Shown here: positions 31,535-41,609 of the stretch, piece after piece | How the letters are laid out: every line of letters begins with the position of its first letter | Position numbering within the stretch: the first letter of the stretch is position 1 | Origin: Acetobacteraceae bacterium | GTDB lineage: Bacteria > Pseudomonadota > Alphaproteobacteria > Acetobacterales > Acetobacteraceae | Direction of reading: 5' to 3' | Length of the DNA: 43,362 nt | Assembly (NCBI GenBank): GCA_035252035.1 | Contig: DATFDN010000076.1 | Span: 1-43,362 of the forward strand | Position numbers and translations under genes: made by a program | Notes under the pieces: generated by a model | Databases searched by the model: none | Seen by the model: only the letters and a program-made list of their open reading frames with translations | Told to the model about the DNA's origin: nothing

Positions 31535-33093
31535 ATTACGTCAACCACGACGCCGTTCGCCCGCTGTTCGAAGGCGCCGACTGGGAGTTCTCCACCGTCC
31601 AGCGCGCCTTCAACGCGATCGAGGCGGTGGCGCTCGGCGAGCTTGGCCTCGACGTTTATCCCAACCAGATCGAGGTTATCAGCGCCGAGCAGATGCTCGA
31701 CGCCTATTCCTCGGTCGGGATGCCGCTGTTCTACAAGCATTGGTCGTTTGGCAAGCACTTCGCCCGCCACGAAGGGCTATACCGCGCCGGTATGCAGGGG
31801 CTTGCCTACGAAATCGTCATCAATTCCAACCCGTGCATCTCCTACATCATGGAGGAGAATACGGCGACGATGCAGGCGCTGGTGATCGCCCACGCCGCGT
31901 TCGGGCATAACCACTTCTTCAAGAACAACTACTTGTTCCGCCAGTGGACGGATGCCGACGGCATCCTGGACTACCTCGACTTCGCCAAGGGCTATATCGC
32001 CAAGTGCGAGGAGAAGCATGGCGAGGCGGCGGTCGAGCGGCTGCTGGACTCCGCGCACGCCCTGATGAGCCAGGGGGTGCATCGCTATCCGCGCCGCCGC
32101 AGTGCGGACCTGCGCTCGGAGGAACGCCGGGAGCGGGAGCGGCGCGAGCACGAGGAGCGCGTGTTCAACGACCTATGGCGCACCGTGCCAGCCAAGGCCG
32201 CGTCGAAGCGGGACAAGACCGTGGAAGAGCGGCGGCGCGCCCTGCTCCAGTTGCCCCAGGAGAACATTCTATTCTTCCTGGAAAAGACCGCCCCGCGCCT
32301 GGCGCACTGGCAGCGCGAGGTGCTGCGCATCGTGCGGCATGTGGCGCAGTACTTCTACCCGCAGACCCAGACGAAGGTGATGAACGAGGGCTGCGCCACC
32401 TTCGTCCACTACAAGATCATGAACCGCCTGCACGAGAAGGGGCTGCTGACCGACGGATCAATGGTCGAGTTCCTGCGCTCCCACACCAACGTGGTGTTCC
32501 AGCCGGAGTTCGACGATCCGCGCTATTCCGGCATCAACCCCTACGCGCTCGGCTTCGCGATGATGCAGGACATCGAGCGGATCTGCACCGAGCCGACCGC
32601 CGAGGACCAGCACTGGTTTCCCGCCATCGCGGGGCGGGGTGATTCGATGGCCGTGCTGCGCGACTGCTGGGCCAATTACCGCGACGAGAGCTTCATCCTC
32701 CAGTTCCTCAGCCCGCGCCTAATCCGCCAGCTCGGCCTTTTCCACGTCGTGGACGACGCCGACGAGCCGACCTTGCGGGTGGAGGCGATCCACGATGAGC
32801 GCGGCTACCGCAAGATCCAGCGCGCGCTCGCCCGGCAATACGACATCGCCTGGTCGGTGCCCGACATCCAGGTGATGGATGTCGATCTCGCCGGCGACCG
32901 GCGGTTGATCCTGCATCATCGCGCGCTGAACCGCGTTCTGCTCGATGAGCGCGACGCGCGCCTCACCTTGCAGCACCTGGCCGACCTCTGGGGCTACGAC
33001 GTCGTGATGCGCGAGGTCGATCCGGTGAGCGAGGCGGTGCTCAAGGAACATGCCGCATCGCCGCGGCCAGGGTTGCTTCCCCCGGCCGCCTGA
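31531..33093 (+). CDS. SpoVR/YcgB family protein
   Basis: From the ATG at 31531 (ATGA overlap with yeaH): 'YPNQIEVISAEQMLDAYSSVGMP..YKHWSFGK', 'AYEIVINSNPCISYIMEENT' and 'HAAFGHNHFFKNN'. Confidence 0.9.
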   Translation: MNYVNHDAVRPLFEGADWEFSTVQRAFNAIEAVALGELGLDVYPNQIEVISAEQMLDAYSSVGMPLFYKHWSFGKHFARHEGLYRAGMQGLAYEIVINSNPCISYIMEENTATMQALVIAHAAFGHNHFFKNNYLFRQWTDADGILDYLDFAKGYIAKCEEKHGEAAVERLLDSAHALMSQGVHRYPRRRSADLRSEERRERERREHEERVFNDLWRTVPAKAASKRDKTVEERRRALLQLPQENILFFLEKTAPRLAHWQREVLRIVRHVAQYFYPQTQTKVMNEGCATFVHYKIMNRLHEKGLLTDGSMVEFLRSHTNVVFQPEFDDPRYSGINPYALGFAMMQDIERICTEPTAEDQHWFPAIAGRGDSMAVLRDCWANYRDESFILQFLSPRLIRQLGLFHVVDDADEPTLRVEAIHDERGYRKIQRALARQYDIAWSVPDIQVMDVDLAGDRRLILHHRALNRVLLDERDARLTLQHLADLWGYDVVMREVDPVSEAVLKEHAASPRPGLLPPAA

Positions 33094-33140
33094 GACGCCA
33101 CAGCTTGACCGGACTGGATCGGCCCCTTAGCTGCGCGGCC

Positions 33141-33611
33141 ATGCACCTGCCCCCGCACGACGAGATCATCCGGCCGGAGTGGATCGACTCCAACGGCCAC
33201 ATGAATCTCGCCTATTACATCGTGGTGTTCGACCGCGCGCTGGACGTGGCGTTCGAGGCGCTGGACATCGGCACGGACTACCGCCGGCGCACCGGCAACT
33301 CCTCCTTCGCCGCCGAGACGCACACCTTGTACCGGCGCGAGGTGCGTGAGGGGGACACGGTGCGCGTGACCACGCGCATCCTCGGCGCCGACGCCAAGCG
33401 GCTGCATCTTTTCCAAGAAATGACGCACCTTGCCAGCGGAGAAGTTTCCGCCACGCACGAGCAGATGTGCCTGCATATCGACATGGCGACCCGCCGTGTC
33501 GCGCCCTGGCCGGCCGACCGGCGGGCGGTGCTGCAAGAAGCGATCCGCGCCGATGCCGCGCTGCCGATCCCCCCGGCGGCCGGACGCCGCATCGCGATGC
33601 CGGCCGGCTGA
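33141..33611 (+). CDS. hotdog-fold acyl-CoA thioesterase (4HBT-like)
   Basis: 'EWIDSNGHMNLAYYIVVFD' and '...ETHTLYRREVREGDTVRVTTRILG...KRLHLFQEM' match the layout of YbgC/4HBT-type thioesterases. Confidence 0.7.
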   Translation: MHLPPHDEIIRPEWIDSNGHMNLAYYIVVFDRALDVAFEALDIGTDYRRRTGNSSFAAETHTLYRREVREGDTVRVTTRILGADAKRLHLFQEMTHLASGEVSATHEQMCLHIDMATRRVAPWPADRRAVLQEAIRADAALPIPPAAGRRIAMPAG

Positions 33612-33658
33612 GTCGGCGGGGGCGGGCAAGCAGACCGAGCCGGTCAGCCGGCACAGAC

Positions 33659-34885
33659 TCAAACGCGCTGCCGCCGCAGGGAGGCCATGCGCCGCTGGCG
33701 AAGTCCCACCAGCGCGAACACGAAGGCGCCGAGGATCGGCAAGCCGCTCACCCGCATTAGCGCGGCGTCCGCGCCGATCCGGGCGACGGCGTAGCCGACC
33801 AGAGTCACCAGCACCGAGCCGATGCCGAAGGCGACGCCGTTTATCAGCCCGAGCGCCATGCCGAGATTGCGCGGCAGCATTCGCTGCACCAGGGCGACGG
33901 CTGGCGCGGTCTGGATGTTGAGCAGCGCGTTGGCGGCCAGGAGCAGCGGGATCGAGCCCCGCCCACCCAGCACGAGGAAACCGTAGAGGCACGGCACCGC
34001 AAGCAGAAGCGCAAGGACCGATACGGCGAGCGGTCCCACCCGGTCTCCGAGGTATCCGCCAAGATACAGACCCAACACGCTGGCTATCAGGAACGCGGTC
34101 ACGATCTCGCCGGCGAAGGTGACGCCGCCGCCGCGCGCGGTGATGAGATTCGGCAGGTAGGTCAGGAACGAGGCGCCGACGATGTATTCGAGCGCCGTGC
34201 CCGCGACCAGCAGCATGACCCCCAGCCGATCGACGCCGCCGTTCCGGCTGCCCAGCTCCTTGGTCGCGGAGTCGTGGAGCCGCTGGGCCGCACCATCGAC
34301 GCCTGGCATTACCGCCAAGAGGAACGCAACCGCGCACGCGCCGGGAATCAGCATCCAGAGCGAGCCCCGCGTGCCCTGCGCCTGCACGAGCGCGGCGGCC
34401 GCCAGGGGACCGAACGCAAAGCCGATCTGACCGCCGATCTGGAAGATCGAAATGCCGCCAGACCGGCGAGGCCCGCTCAACATCGCCGCGTACTTCCCGG
34501 CTTCAGGGTGCATCATGCCCGAGCCCAGCCCGCCCAGCACGATGAGCCCGGCGAGCGTGCCCAGGCCACCGGCGAGCCCGGCGCACGACACGCCGGCCAC
34601 GGTCAGCGACACCGAGAACGGCAGGAACCACCAGCGCCCTCTCGTGTCGGCATAGGCGCCGAACAGCGGCTGCGTGATGGAGCTGGTCAGATACCAAAGG
34701 AAGCCGATCGCGCCTTGATAGGCGGGCGAGAACCCGCGCCCGGTGACGGTGGCGAAGATCAGAAACGGCACCATGCCGGAGTAGAGATCGCTCGCCCCAT
34801 GCGCGAACGCCGCGACTCCCAGGCCGCGGAGGTTCCATCGGCCAGCGGATTCCAACCTCTCTTGGGTCGCGGCATCGGTCGTCAC
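33659..34885 (-). CDS. MFS transporter (Fsr-like)
   Basis: Polytopic. 'FAHGASDLYSGMVPFLI' and 'GAYADTRGRWW' match MFS motif A-like loops. A GTG at 34885 is preferred over the ATG at 34966, which would leave only 12 nt to the divergent SDR gene. The start is uncertain. Confidence 0.7.
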   Translation of the reverse strand: MTTDAATQERLESAGRWNLRGLGVAAFAHGASDLYSGMVPFLIFATVTGRGFSPAYQGAIGFLWYLTSSITQPLFGAYADTRGRWWFLPFSVSLTVAGVSCAGLAGGLGTLAGLIVLGGLGSGMMHPEAGKYAAMLSGPRRSGGISIFQIGGQIGFAFGPLAAAALVQAQGTRGSLWMLIPGACAVAFLLAVMPGVDGAAQRLHDSATKELGSRNGGVDRLGVMLLVAGTALEYIVGASFLTYLPNLITARGGGVTFAGEIVTAFLIASVLGLYLGGYLGDRVGPLAVSVLALLLAVPCLYGFLVLGGRGSIPLLLAANALLNIQTAPAVALVQRMLPRNLGMALGLINGVAFGIGSVLVTLVGYAVARIGADAALMRVSGLPILGAFVFALVGLRQRRMASLRRQRV

Positions 34886-34978
34886 CTGGCAAGCCCCTCG
34901 CCAGCCCTGGCCTTGATCGCGCGGCACACCTGCATGACCATACGCTGCGCGCAGCGTCGCGTGCATAGGGAGGAAGGC

Positions 34979-35761
34979 ATGGTGTCGCTGTTCGACCTCA
35001 CCGGCAAGGTCGCCGTCATCACCGGGTCATCCAGGGGGATCGGCCGGGCCATCGCCGAACGCATGGCCGAGCACGGCGCCAAGGTCGTGGTCTCCAGCCG
35101 CAAGGCGGACGCCTGCGAGCAGGTGGCGCTCGGCATCCGCGACAAGGGGGGCGAGGCCACGGTCATCCCGTGTCACATCGCGCGCAAGGAAGAGCTGCAA
35201 CGGCTGGTGGACCAGACCAAGGCGCTCTGGGGCGGCATCGACATCCTGGTCTGCAACGCCGCGGTGAACCCCTATCTCGGCCCCGCCACCGGCGTCACCG
35301 ACGAGGTGTACGAGCGGGTCATGGGCGCGAACGTGCGCAGCAACTTCTGGCTGTGCAACATGGTGCTGCCGGGGATGGCCGAGCGCGGCGGCGGATCGGT
35401 CATCATCATTTCCTCGATCGGCGGCCTGCGCGGCTCCGCCCATCTCGGGCTATATGGCATCTCCAAGGCGGCCGACATGCAGCTCGCGCGCAACATCGCC
35501 GTCGAATGGGGGCCGAGCAACGTCCGCGCCAATGCCATCGCGCCTGGTCTGGTCCGCACCGATTTCGCGCGCGCCCTGTGGGAAGACCCCGAACTCTACC
35601 GCAAGCGCACCAAGGGTACGCCGCTTCAGCGCATCGGCGAGCCCGACGAGATCGCCGGCGCGGCGGTGTTCCTGGCCGCCAAGGCCGGCAGCTTCCTCAC
35701 CGGCCAGACAATCGTGATCGACGGCGGCACCACGGCGGGGACGGTCGCTTCAGAGGACTGA
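34979..35761 (+). CDS. SDR-family oxidoreductase
   Basis: From the ATG at 34979 (SD 'gggaggaagg'): 'KVAVITGSSRGIGRAIA', 'NAAV' and catalytic 'YGISKAA', then 'PG.V.TDF'. The track ORF start at 34274 is antisense to the MFS gene. Confidence 0.9.
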   Translation: MVSLFDLTGKVAVITGSSRGIGRAIAERMAEHGAKVVVSSRKADACEQVALGIRDKGGEATVIPCHIARKEELQRLVDQTKALWGGIDILVCNAAVNPYLGPATGVTDEVYERVMGANVRSNFWLCNMVLPGMAERGGGSVIIISSIGGLRGSAHLGLYGISKAADMQLARNIAVEWGPSNVRANAIAPGLVRTDFARALWEDPELYRKRTKGTPLQRIGEPDEIAGAAVFLAAKAGSFLTGQTIVIDGGTTAGTVASED

Positions 35762-35783
35762 CCGCCACCCGCCAAACGCCCCT

Positions 35784-36083
35784 TTACTCCCCGCGCGCCT
35801 CGTATTCGCGCGCGAACTCTGGATCGAAGATCCGCCCTATGTCGTAGCGGTTGATGCCGATATCGGCGAGTTCGCGATCCGACATGGAGGACAGTTCGTG
35901 CTGCACCGCCCTATGGCGCAATGCTTCGCTCAGGGCACGCCGGAACGAGGCAAGGCGCTCCGCCCAACCAGGCCGGCGCCGCGGGAAGACAGGCTCGTAG
36001 TCGGCATCATCCCAGGTGCTGTGGTAGGACAGCATCTCCGGAAGCTTGAAGGCCACCGCCTGTTTGGAAGTTTGAACGCTCAT
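35784..36083 (-). CDS. DUF1127 domain protein (99 aa, long N-terminal extension)
   Basis: The C-terminal 'RHRAVQHELSSMSDRELADIGINRYDI' is the DUF1127 signature. ATG at 36083. Confidence 0.7.
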   Translation of the reverse strand: MSVQTSKQAVAFKLPEMLSYHSTWDDADYEPVFPRRRPGWAERLASFRRALSEALRHRAVQHELSSMSDRELADIGINRYDIGRIFDPEFAREYEARGE

Positions 36084-36278
36084 GGGTGTTATCCCCCACA
36101 ACGATGCGCCCTGGGTCCGGCGCGGTGTCCGCACGGCAACGCGTCCTCAGGGTCTGCCGCAGTGCAACATAGGATTGATTCGCCTTCGCGTCATTGCGAA
36201 TTTTCATTGGCCGACATGCGAGTGTGACATGCTGATTGTCCGCAATGTGGCCCCTAGGCCACAGAAGGCAGGAAGGGC

Positions 36279-38078
36279 ATGACGACCCAAAACACTTATG
36301 CCGAGCGCCTGGCCGCGTTGCGGGCGGAGATGGCGCGGCAGGGCCTAGATGGCTTCATCGTGCCGCGCGCCGACGAGCATTTGGGAGAGTATGTTCCCCC
36401 CTGCGCCGAGCGCCTGGCCTGGCTCACCGGCTTCACCGGCAGCGCCGGCTTGGCTTGCGTGTTGGCCGACCAGGCCGCCGTGTTCACCGATGGCCGATAC
36501 GTCCTGCAACTGGAGCAACAGACCGACGGGACGGTGTGGGAACGGCGGCACATCACCGAGGAGCCGCCTCCCGCTTGGCTCGCCCTCCATGCCCCGGCGG
36601 GCGCGCTGATCGGCTATGATCCGATGTTGCTGAGCGAGGAAGGACTTGGCCGCTATACCGAGGCGGGACTGCGCATGGAGCCGGTCTCCCGCAACCCGCT
36701 CGATGCGGTCTGGACTGACCGGCCGGCACCCCCGCGCGCCAAGGCGCGGGCGCATCCGCTCCGCTTCGCGGGCCGCGAGTCGGCCGACAAGCGCGGGGAG
36801 ATCGCCGCGCTATTGCGGTCCGCCCGCCAGAGCGCCGCGATTCTCACCGACCCGGCTTCGATCGCCTGGCTGTTGAACATCAGGGGGGACGATGTTCCGT
36901 TCACCCCATTCGCGCTCGGCTTCGCCATCCTGCACGACGATGGGCGGACGGAGCTGTTCATGGACGCCGCCAAGCTCGACGACACGGTTCGCGCCTGGCT
37001 TGGCAACGCGGTGAGTCTCGCCGCGCCCGAGGCCTTGGGCCTGGGCATCGCCCGCCTCCGGGGCCGGGTTCGCATCGACCCTGCCGGCTCGCCCGTCTGG
37101 TTCGCCCAGCAAGTGCGGGCGGCGGGCGCCGAGCCGGTGGCCGGACCCGATCCCTGCTTGCTGGCCAAGGCCTGCAAGAACGAGGTGGAGCAAAGCGGCG
37201 CCCGCGCGGCCCACGCGCGCGATGCCATCGCCTTGTGTCGCTTCCTGCATTGGTTGGCGGAGACAGCCCCTTCCGGTACAGCGACCGAGATCTCCGCCGC
37301 CGGGCGGCTGCTCGCGCTGCGCGCCAAGCACGCGGAGTTCCAGGGCGAGAGTTTCCCCGCCATTTCCGGGGCCGGCGAGCATGGCGCGGTGATCCATTAC
37401 CGGGTCACGCCCGACTCGGACCGGCCGATCCGCCCGAACGAGGTCTATCTGATCGACTCGGGCGCCCAGTACCCCGACGGCACCACGGACGTCACCCGCA
37501 CCATCTGGACCGGCCCCGATACCGCCCCCGCCGAGTTGCGCGCCCGCGCGACCCTGGTGCTGAAGGGTCACATCGCCATCGCCACTCTCGTGTTTCCTCA
37601 CGGCGTGGGCGGCGCGCACCTCGATGCCTTCGCCCGGCGCGCGCTGTGGCAGGCCGGCCTCGACTACGACCACGGGACCGGGCACGGGGTCGGCAGCTAT
37701 CTCTCCGTCCACGAAGGTCCGGTCAGCCTGTCGCGCCTCGCCAAGCCCGTGCCGATCGCGCCCGGCATGATCCTGTCGAACGAGCCTGGCCTCTACATTC
37801 CCGGCGCCTACGGCATCCGCCTGGAAAACCTGCTTCTGGTCCAGCCTGCCACTCTGCCCGGCGCGGCCAAGCCCTTCCTGCGCTTCGAGACGCTGACCCT
37901 GGCACCCTTCGACCGAGGGTTGATCGATCCCACGCTGCTCGACGCGGCGGAACTCGCCTGGCTCAACGTCTATCACGCCCGCGTCGCCGCCGAAGTCGGG
38001 CCGGCGCTCGACACCGCCGCGCGGCCCTGGCTTGAGGCCGCCTGCGCGCCCCTGGAACGCAGCGGATATCCGGGCTAG
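36279..38078 (+). CDS. aminopeptidase P family protein (M24B, three-domain type)
   Basis: 599 aa. 'RLAALRAEMARQGLDGFIVPRADEH.GEYV', 'FTGSAG' and metal ligands in 'YLIDSGAQY.DGTTDVTRT', 'HGTGHGVG', 'SNEPG.Y' and 'GIRLEN'. Confidence 0.9.
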   Translation: MTTQNTYAERLAALRAEMARQGLDGFIVPRADEHLGEYVPPCAERLAWLTGFTGSAGLACVLADQAAVFTDGRYVLQLEQQTDGTVWERRHITEEPPPAWLALHAPAGALIGYDPMLLSEEGLGRYTEAGLRMEPVSRNPLDAVWTDRPAPPRAKARAHPLRFAGRESADKRGEIAALLRSARQSAAILTDPASIAWLLNIRGDDVPFTPFALGFAILHDDGRTELFMDAAKLDDTVRAWLGNAVSLAAPEALGLGIARLRGRVRIDPAGSPVWFAQQVRAAGAEPVAGPDPCLLAKACKNEVEQSGARAAHARDAIALCRFLHWLAETAPSGTATEISAAGRLLALRAKHAEFQGESFPAISGAGEHGAVIHYRVTPDSDRPIRPNEVYLIDSGAQYPDGTTDVTRTIWTGPDTAPAELRARATLVLKGHIAIATLVFPHGVGGAHLDAFARRALWQAGLDYDHGTGHGVGSYLSVHEGPVSLSRLAKPVPIAPGMILSNEPGLYIPGAYGIRLENLLLVQPATLPGAAKPFLRFETLTLAPFDRGLIDPTLLDAAELAWLNVYHARVAAEVGPALDTAARPWLEAACAPLERSGYPG

Positions 38079-38218
38079 CTTCCGTCGGCGCAGCTATCCG
38101 GGCTGGCCCTGACCGCTGCCGCCGCGCAGGGCCGATCGCATCCCGCATCGCGGCAGGCCCGCGCCATTCAAAACACAATGGCGGGATGCCGGTCTCGCCA
38201 AAGCAGGGGGGCTAAGCG

Positions 38219-39412
38219 ATGACATCTCTATCGGCATTGACACGCCGTCATGCGCTGCTCGGCGTCGCCGGGTCGATCCTGATTCCCGCCGCAGCGGCGC
38301 GCGCGGCGCCGGTGCGCGGCGTCACCGACACGGAAATCGTTATCGGCACTATGACCGACCTCTCGGGCGTGACCGCCGTGCAGGGGACGAACAATGCCAA
38401 CGCCATGCGCCTGGCATTCGACGAAGCCAACGCGAGGGGAGGCGTCCACGGCCGCAAAATCAAATTCATTGTGGAGGACAACCAGTACCTGGTTCCCAAG
38501 GCGGTTCAGGCCATGAACAAGCTGCTGAACCGCGACAACATTTTCTTCGCGCTCGGCAACGGCGGCACGCCCATGAATCAGGCGGTGATGCCGACCATGT
38601 TCGAGCAAGGTGTTCCGAACGTCTTTCCGCTGACTTGCGCGCGTTCCATGTACGAGCCGTTCCACCGGCTCAAATTCGGCCAGTTCGCCTCGTACTATGA
38701 CCAGATGCGCGCCGGAGTGAAATATTTTGCGGAAAGGAAGGGCAAGAAGACGATCGGCGCGATGACGCAGGACACAGACTACGGGAGGGATGTCCTGGCC
38801 GGGGCAGCGGCGCAACTCGGGGCCATGGGCATGAGGATGGCCGCGGCGACCGAGCACAAGCCGACGGACACCGATTTCAACGCCGCCGTCACCAAGTTGC
38901 GTCAGGCCGGCTGTGACCTGGTCGTGATGGGCACCATCGTGCGGGACACCACCATCATCCTTCAGACGGCCCGCAAAGTCGGCTGGGATGCCGAGTTCAT
39001 GGGCAATTTCGCGACCTATTCCACTGCCGTTGCCGAGGTGCCGGGCGGCGCGGCCGAGGGCTTCTATTCCATGGCGCCGGGACTCTATGCCTACCCGGAT
39101 GACCCGCGCCCGGCGGTGCGGGACTTCACCGCCAAATACAGGAAGACCTATGGATTGGACGTGAACTATCTGGGGGAGGCAGGCTACTCGGCGGCGACCT
39201 TCGTGCTCGCGGCCTTGGAAAGGGCCGGTCGTGACCTGACACTGGACAGCTTCATCGCGGCACTGGAGAGCATGAAGGATTGGCGGGACATCTTCGGCTC
39301 CCCGCCGCTCAGCTTGAGCGCCACCAATCACCATGCCTCCAACCAGTCTTTCCTGTCGGTGATTCGCAACGCCCGCTGGGTGCCCGTGGAGGCGGAGCCG
39401 CTCAGCTACTAA
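38219..39412 (+). CDS. ABC transporter periplasmic substrate-binding protein (LivK/Peripla_BP_6-like), orphan
   Basis: Signal 'LTRRHALLGVAGSILIPAAAARA', 'IVIGTMTDLSG', 'GG..GRKIKFIVEDNQY.VPKAVQA..KL' and 'VFPL'. No permease or ATPase gene is adjacent. Confidence 0.85.
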   Translation: MTSLSALTRRHALLGVAGSILIPAAAARAAPVRGVTDTEIVIGTMTDLSGVTAVQGTNNANAMRLAFDEANARGGVHGRKIKFIVEDNQYLVPKAVQAMNKLLNRDNIFFALGNGGTPMNQAVMPTMFEQGVPNVFPLTCARSMYEPFHRLKFGQFASYYDQMRAGVKYFAERKGKKTIGAMTQDTDYGRDVLAGAAAQLGAMGMRMAAATEHKPTDTDFNAAVTKLRQAGCDLVVMGTIVRDTTIILQTARKVGWDAEFMGNFATYSTAVAEVPGGAAEGFYSMAPGLYAYPDDPRPAVRDFTAKYRKTYGLDVNYLGEAGYSAATFVLAALERAGRDLTLDSFIAALESMKDWRDIFGSPPLSLSATNHHASNQSFLSVIRNARWVPVEAEPLSY

Positions 39413-39686
39413 CCCGCCTTTCTTGGCTCCGTCGCTGCAGCGGTGCTGCGGCGGATGCCGGGCGCCAGGGCCGGATGGGCTTCGATCGGATGCACCACGG
39501 GCCGACCAGTCTGCCCAGAAAATCCGGCGAGCCAGCAGACGTTCCGGGGGCCAGCGTGAGAGGCAGGGAGACGCACCATCCGCGCTCGGGCTTGCCGGAT
39601 GCGCGGCATCGCCGCTAGGTGTCCACACGGCGGCGGCACCGGAGCGGGCGCCGAGCGTTCCTGTTCATTCTTGAGGGAGGCGGCGC

Positions 39687-40388
39687 ATGACGCTCGATGC
39701 CAGCACGCGCGATGCCCTGCGCGGGGTTTCCACCGCCACGGTCACGACGATCCTGCTGAAGAAGGGCCTGCGCAACGTCTGGATGCGGGGCACCCGCCCG
39801 CTCCGCCCCGACCAGCCGCGCCTGGTGGGACCGGCCTTCACGATGCGCTTCATCCCCGCCCGCGAAGACCTCGCGACCCCGGAATCCTGGTCCTCGCCGC
39901 GCTCCACGCGGGCCGCCATCGAAGACATGCCGGAGGGGTGCATCACCGTCGTTGACGCCATGGGTGTCACCGATTCCGGCATCTTCGGCGACATCCTGTG
40001 CGGGCGGATGCGGCGGCGGGGCGTCTCGGCGTTGGTGACGGATGGGGCGGTGCGCGACCTGGCGGGGGTGCTCGCGACCGATCTCCCCGTCTGGTGCGCC
40101 GCCGCGGCCGCGCCCCCCTCCGTCGCGGCCTTGACATTTACCAATTGGCAAGAGCCGATCGGCTGCGGCGGGGTGGCGGTGTTTCCGGACGACGTGATCC
40201 TGGCCGACGCGGACGGCGCGGTGGTCATCCCGCGCGCCTTCGTCGATGAGGTCGCGAAGGAAGGCCCGGAGCAGGAGCGCCTGGAAGCCTGGATCATGCA
40301 GGAGGTGGATCGCGGCGCACGCCTGCCCGGTCTCTATCCGCCCAATGCCGAGACACGGGCGCGCTACGAGGCCAGCCACCGGCCATGA
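39687..40388 (+). CDS. RraA-family protein (long form, aldolase/decarboxylase-like)
   Basis: 233 aa. 'VSTATVTTILLKKGL', 'VGPAFTMRF.P', 'GDILCGRMRRRGVSALVTDGAVRD' and 'DADGAVVIP' are RraA/HMG-aldolase-fold motifs. Confidence 0.8.
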   Translation: MTLDASTRDALRGVSTATVTTILLKKGLRNVWMRGTRPLRPDQPRLVGPAFTMRFIPAREDLATPESWSSPRSTRAAIEDMPEGCITVVDAMGVTDSGIFGDILCGRMRRRGVSALVTDGAVRDLAGVLATDLPVWCAAAAAPPSVAALTFTNWQEPIGCGGVAVFPDDVILADADGAVVIPRAFVDEVAKEGPEQERLEAWIMQEVDRGARLPGLYPPNAETRARYEASHRP

Positions 40389-40504
40389 CGCTGCAGGAAC
40401 TATAACGAGTTAACCAGGATGTAAGCATGGTCACGGCGCTGCGACTCGTATGCGCCGGGCTCTCCGCACATATTTGTCTCCCGGAACTGCTGAGGAGCAG
40501 GCCC

Positions 40505-40729
40505 ATGACCGTTTTGCAACACGATACCAGGGAAACGGCACGTATGCTCATCAAGCGCCACGGCTTGCGGGCGCAGGCTATCGCGCTTGAACGCGTGCAG
40601 GAGATGCGGCTCCAGGGAGACACCGCCGGGCTGGACCGCTGGCAGGCGATCTATGCCGCGATCTGCGACCTGCGCCGCTCGGCCGGCCAGCGTGTCGGAC
40701 CCGAGGAGCTGCACGACTACCGCTGCTGA
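40505..40729 (+). CDS. small hypothetical protein (74 aa)
   Basis: The ATG at 40505 is preceded by SD 'gaggag'. The product is helical-looking: 'ARMLIKRHGLRAQAIALERVQEMRLQGDTAGLDRWQAIYAAICDL'. No family is recognised with confidence. Confidence 0.4.
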   Translation: MTVLQHDTRETARMLIKRHGLRAQAIALERVQEMRLQGDTAGLDRWQAIYAAICDLRRSAGQRVGPEELHDYRC

Positions 40730-40798
40730 CCCATGCGCACTCGCGCCTGGCCCTCGCGCCGGGCGCGTGCCATGCTCGTCCGAGACCGGGAGACGGGC

Positions 40799-41566
40799 AT
40801 GAGCCACGAGAGTCTGATTCGGGATCAATTCACGCGCCAGGCAACACCGTTCAGCACCGCGCCAGCTATATCGGACGAGCAGGCGCTGCGGATGATGCTG
40901 GACGCCGCGCGGCCTACGCCGCACGACACCGTGCTCGATCTCGCCTGCGGGGGCGGGTTGATCGTCTGTGCCTTCGCCCCGCGTGTCCGGCACGCCACGG
41001 GGATCGACCTCACCCCGGCGATGCTGGCCCGCGCCCGAGACTTGGCGGCCGAGAAGAAGCTGGACAACGTGAGCTGGCACGAGGGGGACGTCCGCGCGCT
41101 CCCTTGGCCCGACGCCGCGTTCAGCATTGTCGTGACCCGCTTCTCGCTCCACCACCTGACCGACCCCTTGCGCACAGTGCGCGAGATGGCGCGCGTGTGC
41201 CGGCCTGGCGGGCGGGTCGTGGTGGCCGACATGTACGCCTCGGAAGACCCGGACAAGGCGGCGGCCTGGAACCGGCTGGAGGTGCTGCGCGACCCCTCGC
41301 ATGTCCGCAGCCTGAGCCTGACGGAGCTGAAGGCTCTGTTCCCCGCCGCCGGCCTGCCCGCGCCAGAGGTGACATTCTACGAGCTGCGCAGCGACGTGGA
41401 CAGCCTGCTCGCCCGTTCGTTCCCCAACCCAGGCGACGAGCAGCGGATCGTCGCCCTATTTGCGGCCCAGGCGGAGCGGGACAGCATGGGAATCGAGGTG
41501 CGGTCCGACAATGGGAGGCTCCGCTACGCCTACCCGGTCGCTATCTTGGCATCAACGCGCCCGTAG
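40799..41566 (+). CDS. class I SAM-dependent methyltransferase
   Basis: Motif I 'VLDLACGGG', 'GIDLT.AML' and 'F.IVVTRFSLHH', with motif 'GGRVVVAD'. Confidence 0.85.
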   Translation: MSHESLIRDQFTRQATPFSTAPAISDEQALRMMLDAARPTPHDTVLDLACGGGLIVCAFAPRVRHATGIDLTPAMLARARDLAAEKKLDNVSWHEGDVRALPWPDAAFSIVVTRFSLHHLTDPLRTVREMARVCRPGGRVVVADMYASEDPDKAAAWNRLEVLRDPSHVRSLSLTELKALFPAAGLPAPEVTFYELRSDVDSLLARSFPNPGDEQRIVALFAAQAERDSMGIEVRSDNGRLRYAYPVAILASTRP

Positions 41567-41609
41567 CGGGAGCTTGACGCTGGCAGCCTGGCCGGGGACG
41601 GTGCCGCCC

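Noticed and set aside
38219-39412. Orphan LivK-like binding protein as part of a novel system
   Set aside because: Solitary substrate-binding-protein genes are common in alphaproteobacterial genomes. The neighbours (pepP, RraA-family) are separated by 140-nt and 274-nt gaps and show no coupling.
2381-39628. Many very long ORFs in the track: 2381-3850(-), 5531-7006(-), 9720-11042(+), 11037-12497(-), 15456-16883(-), 20514-22061(+), 23524-25209(+), 27914-29167(-), 32994-34337(-), 36810-37976(-), 38228-39628(-), 40400-41302(-)
   Set aside because: Each is antisense or out of frame to a gene with clear family motifs. Their translations are Arg/Pro/Ala/Gly-rich low-complexity strings with no recognisable domains. 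This is typical of ghost ORFs in high-GC DNA, where stop codons are rare.
1947-41609. Extended N-termini offered by the ORF track for aat (1947), cofD (5112), DJ-1 (7091), gdh (11064), moaA (15431), cheR (19825), hyuB (25467), spoVR (31396), SDR (34274), methyltransferase (40733) and dipeptidase (41460)
   Set aside because: The extensions overlap upstream genes, lack homology-like sequence and lack an SD. Internal starts coincide with family N-termini and with SD sequences or 4-nt stop/start overlaps.
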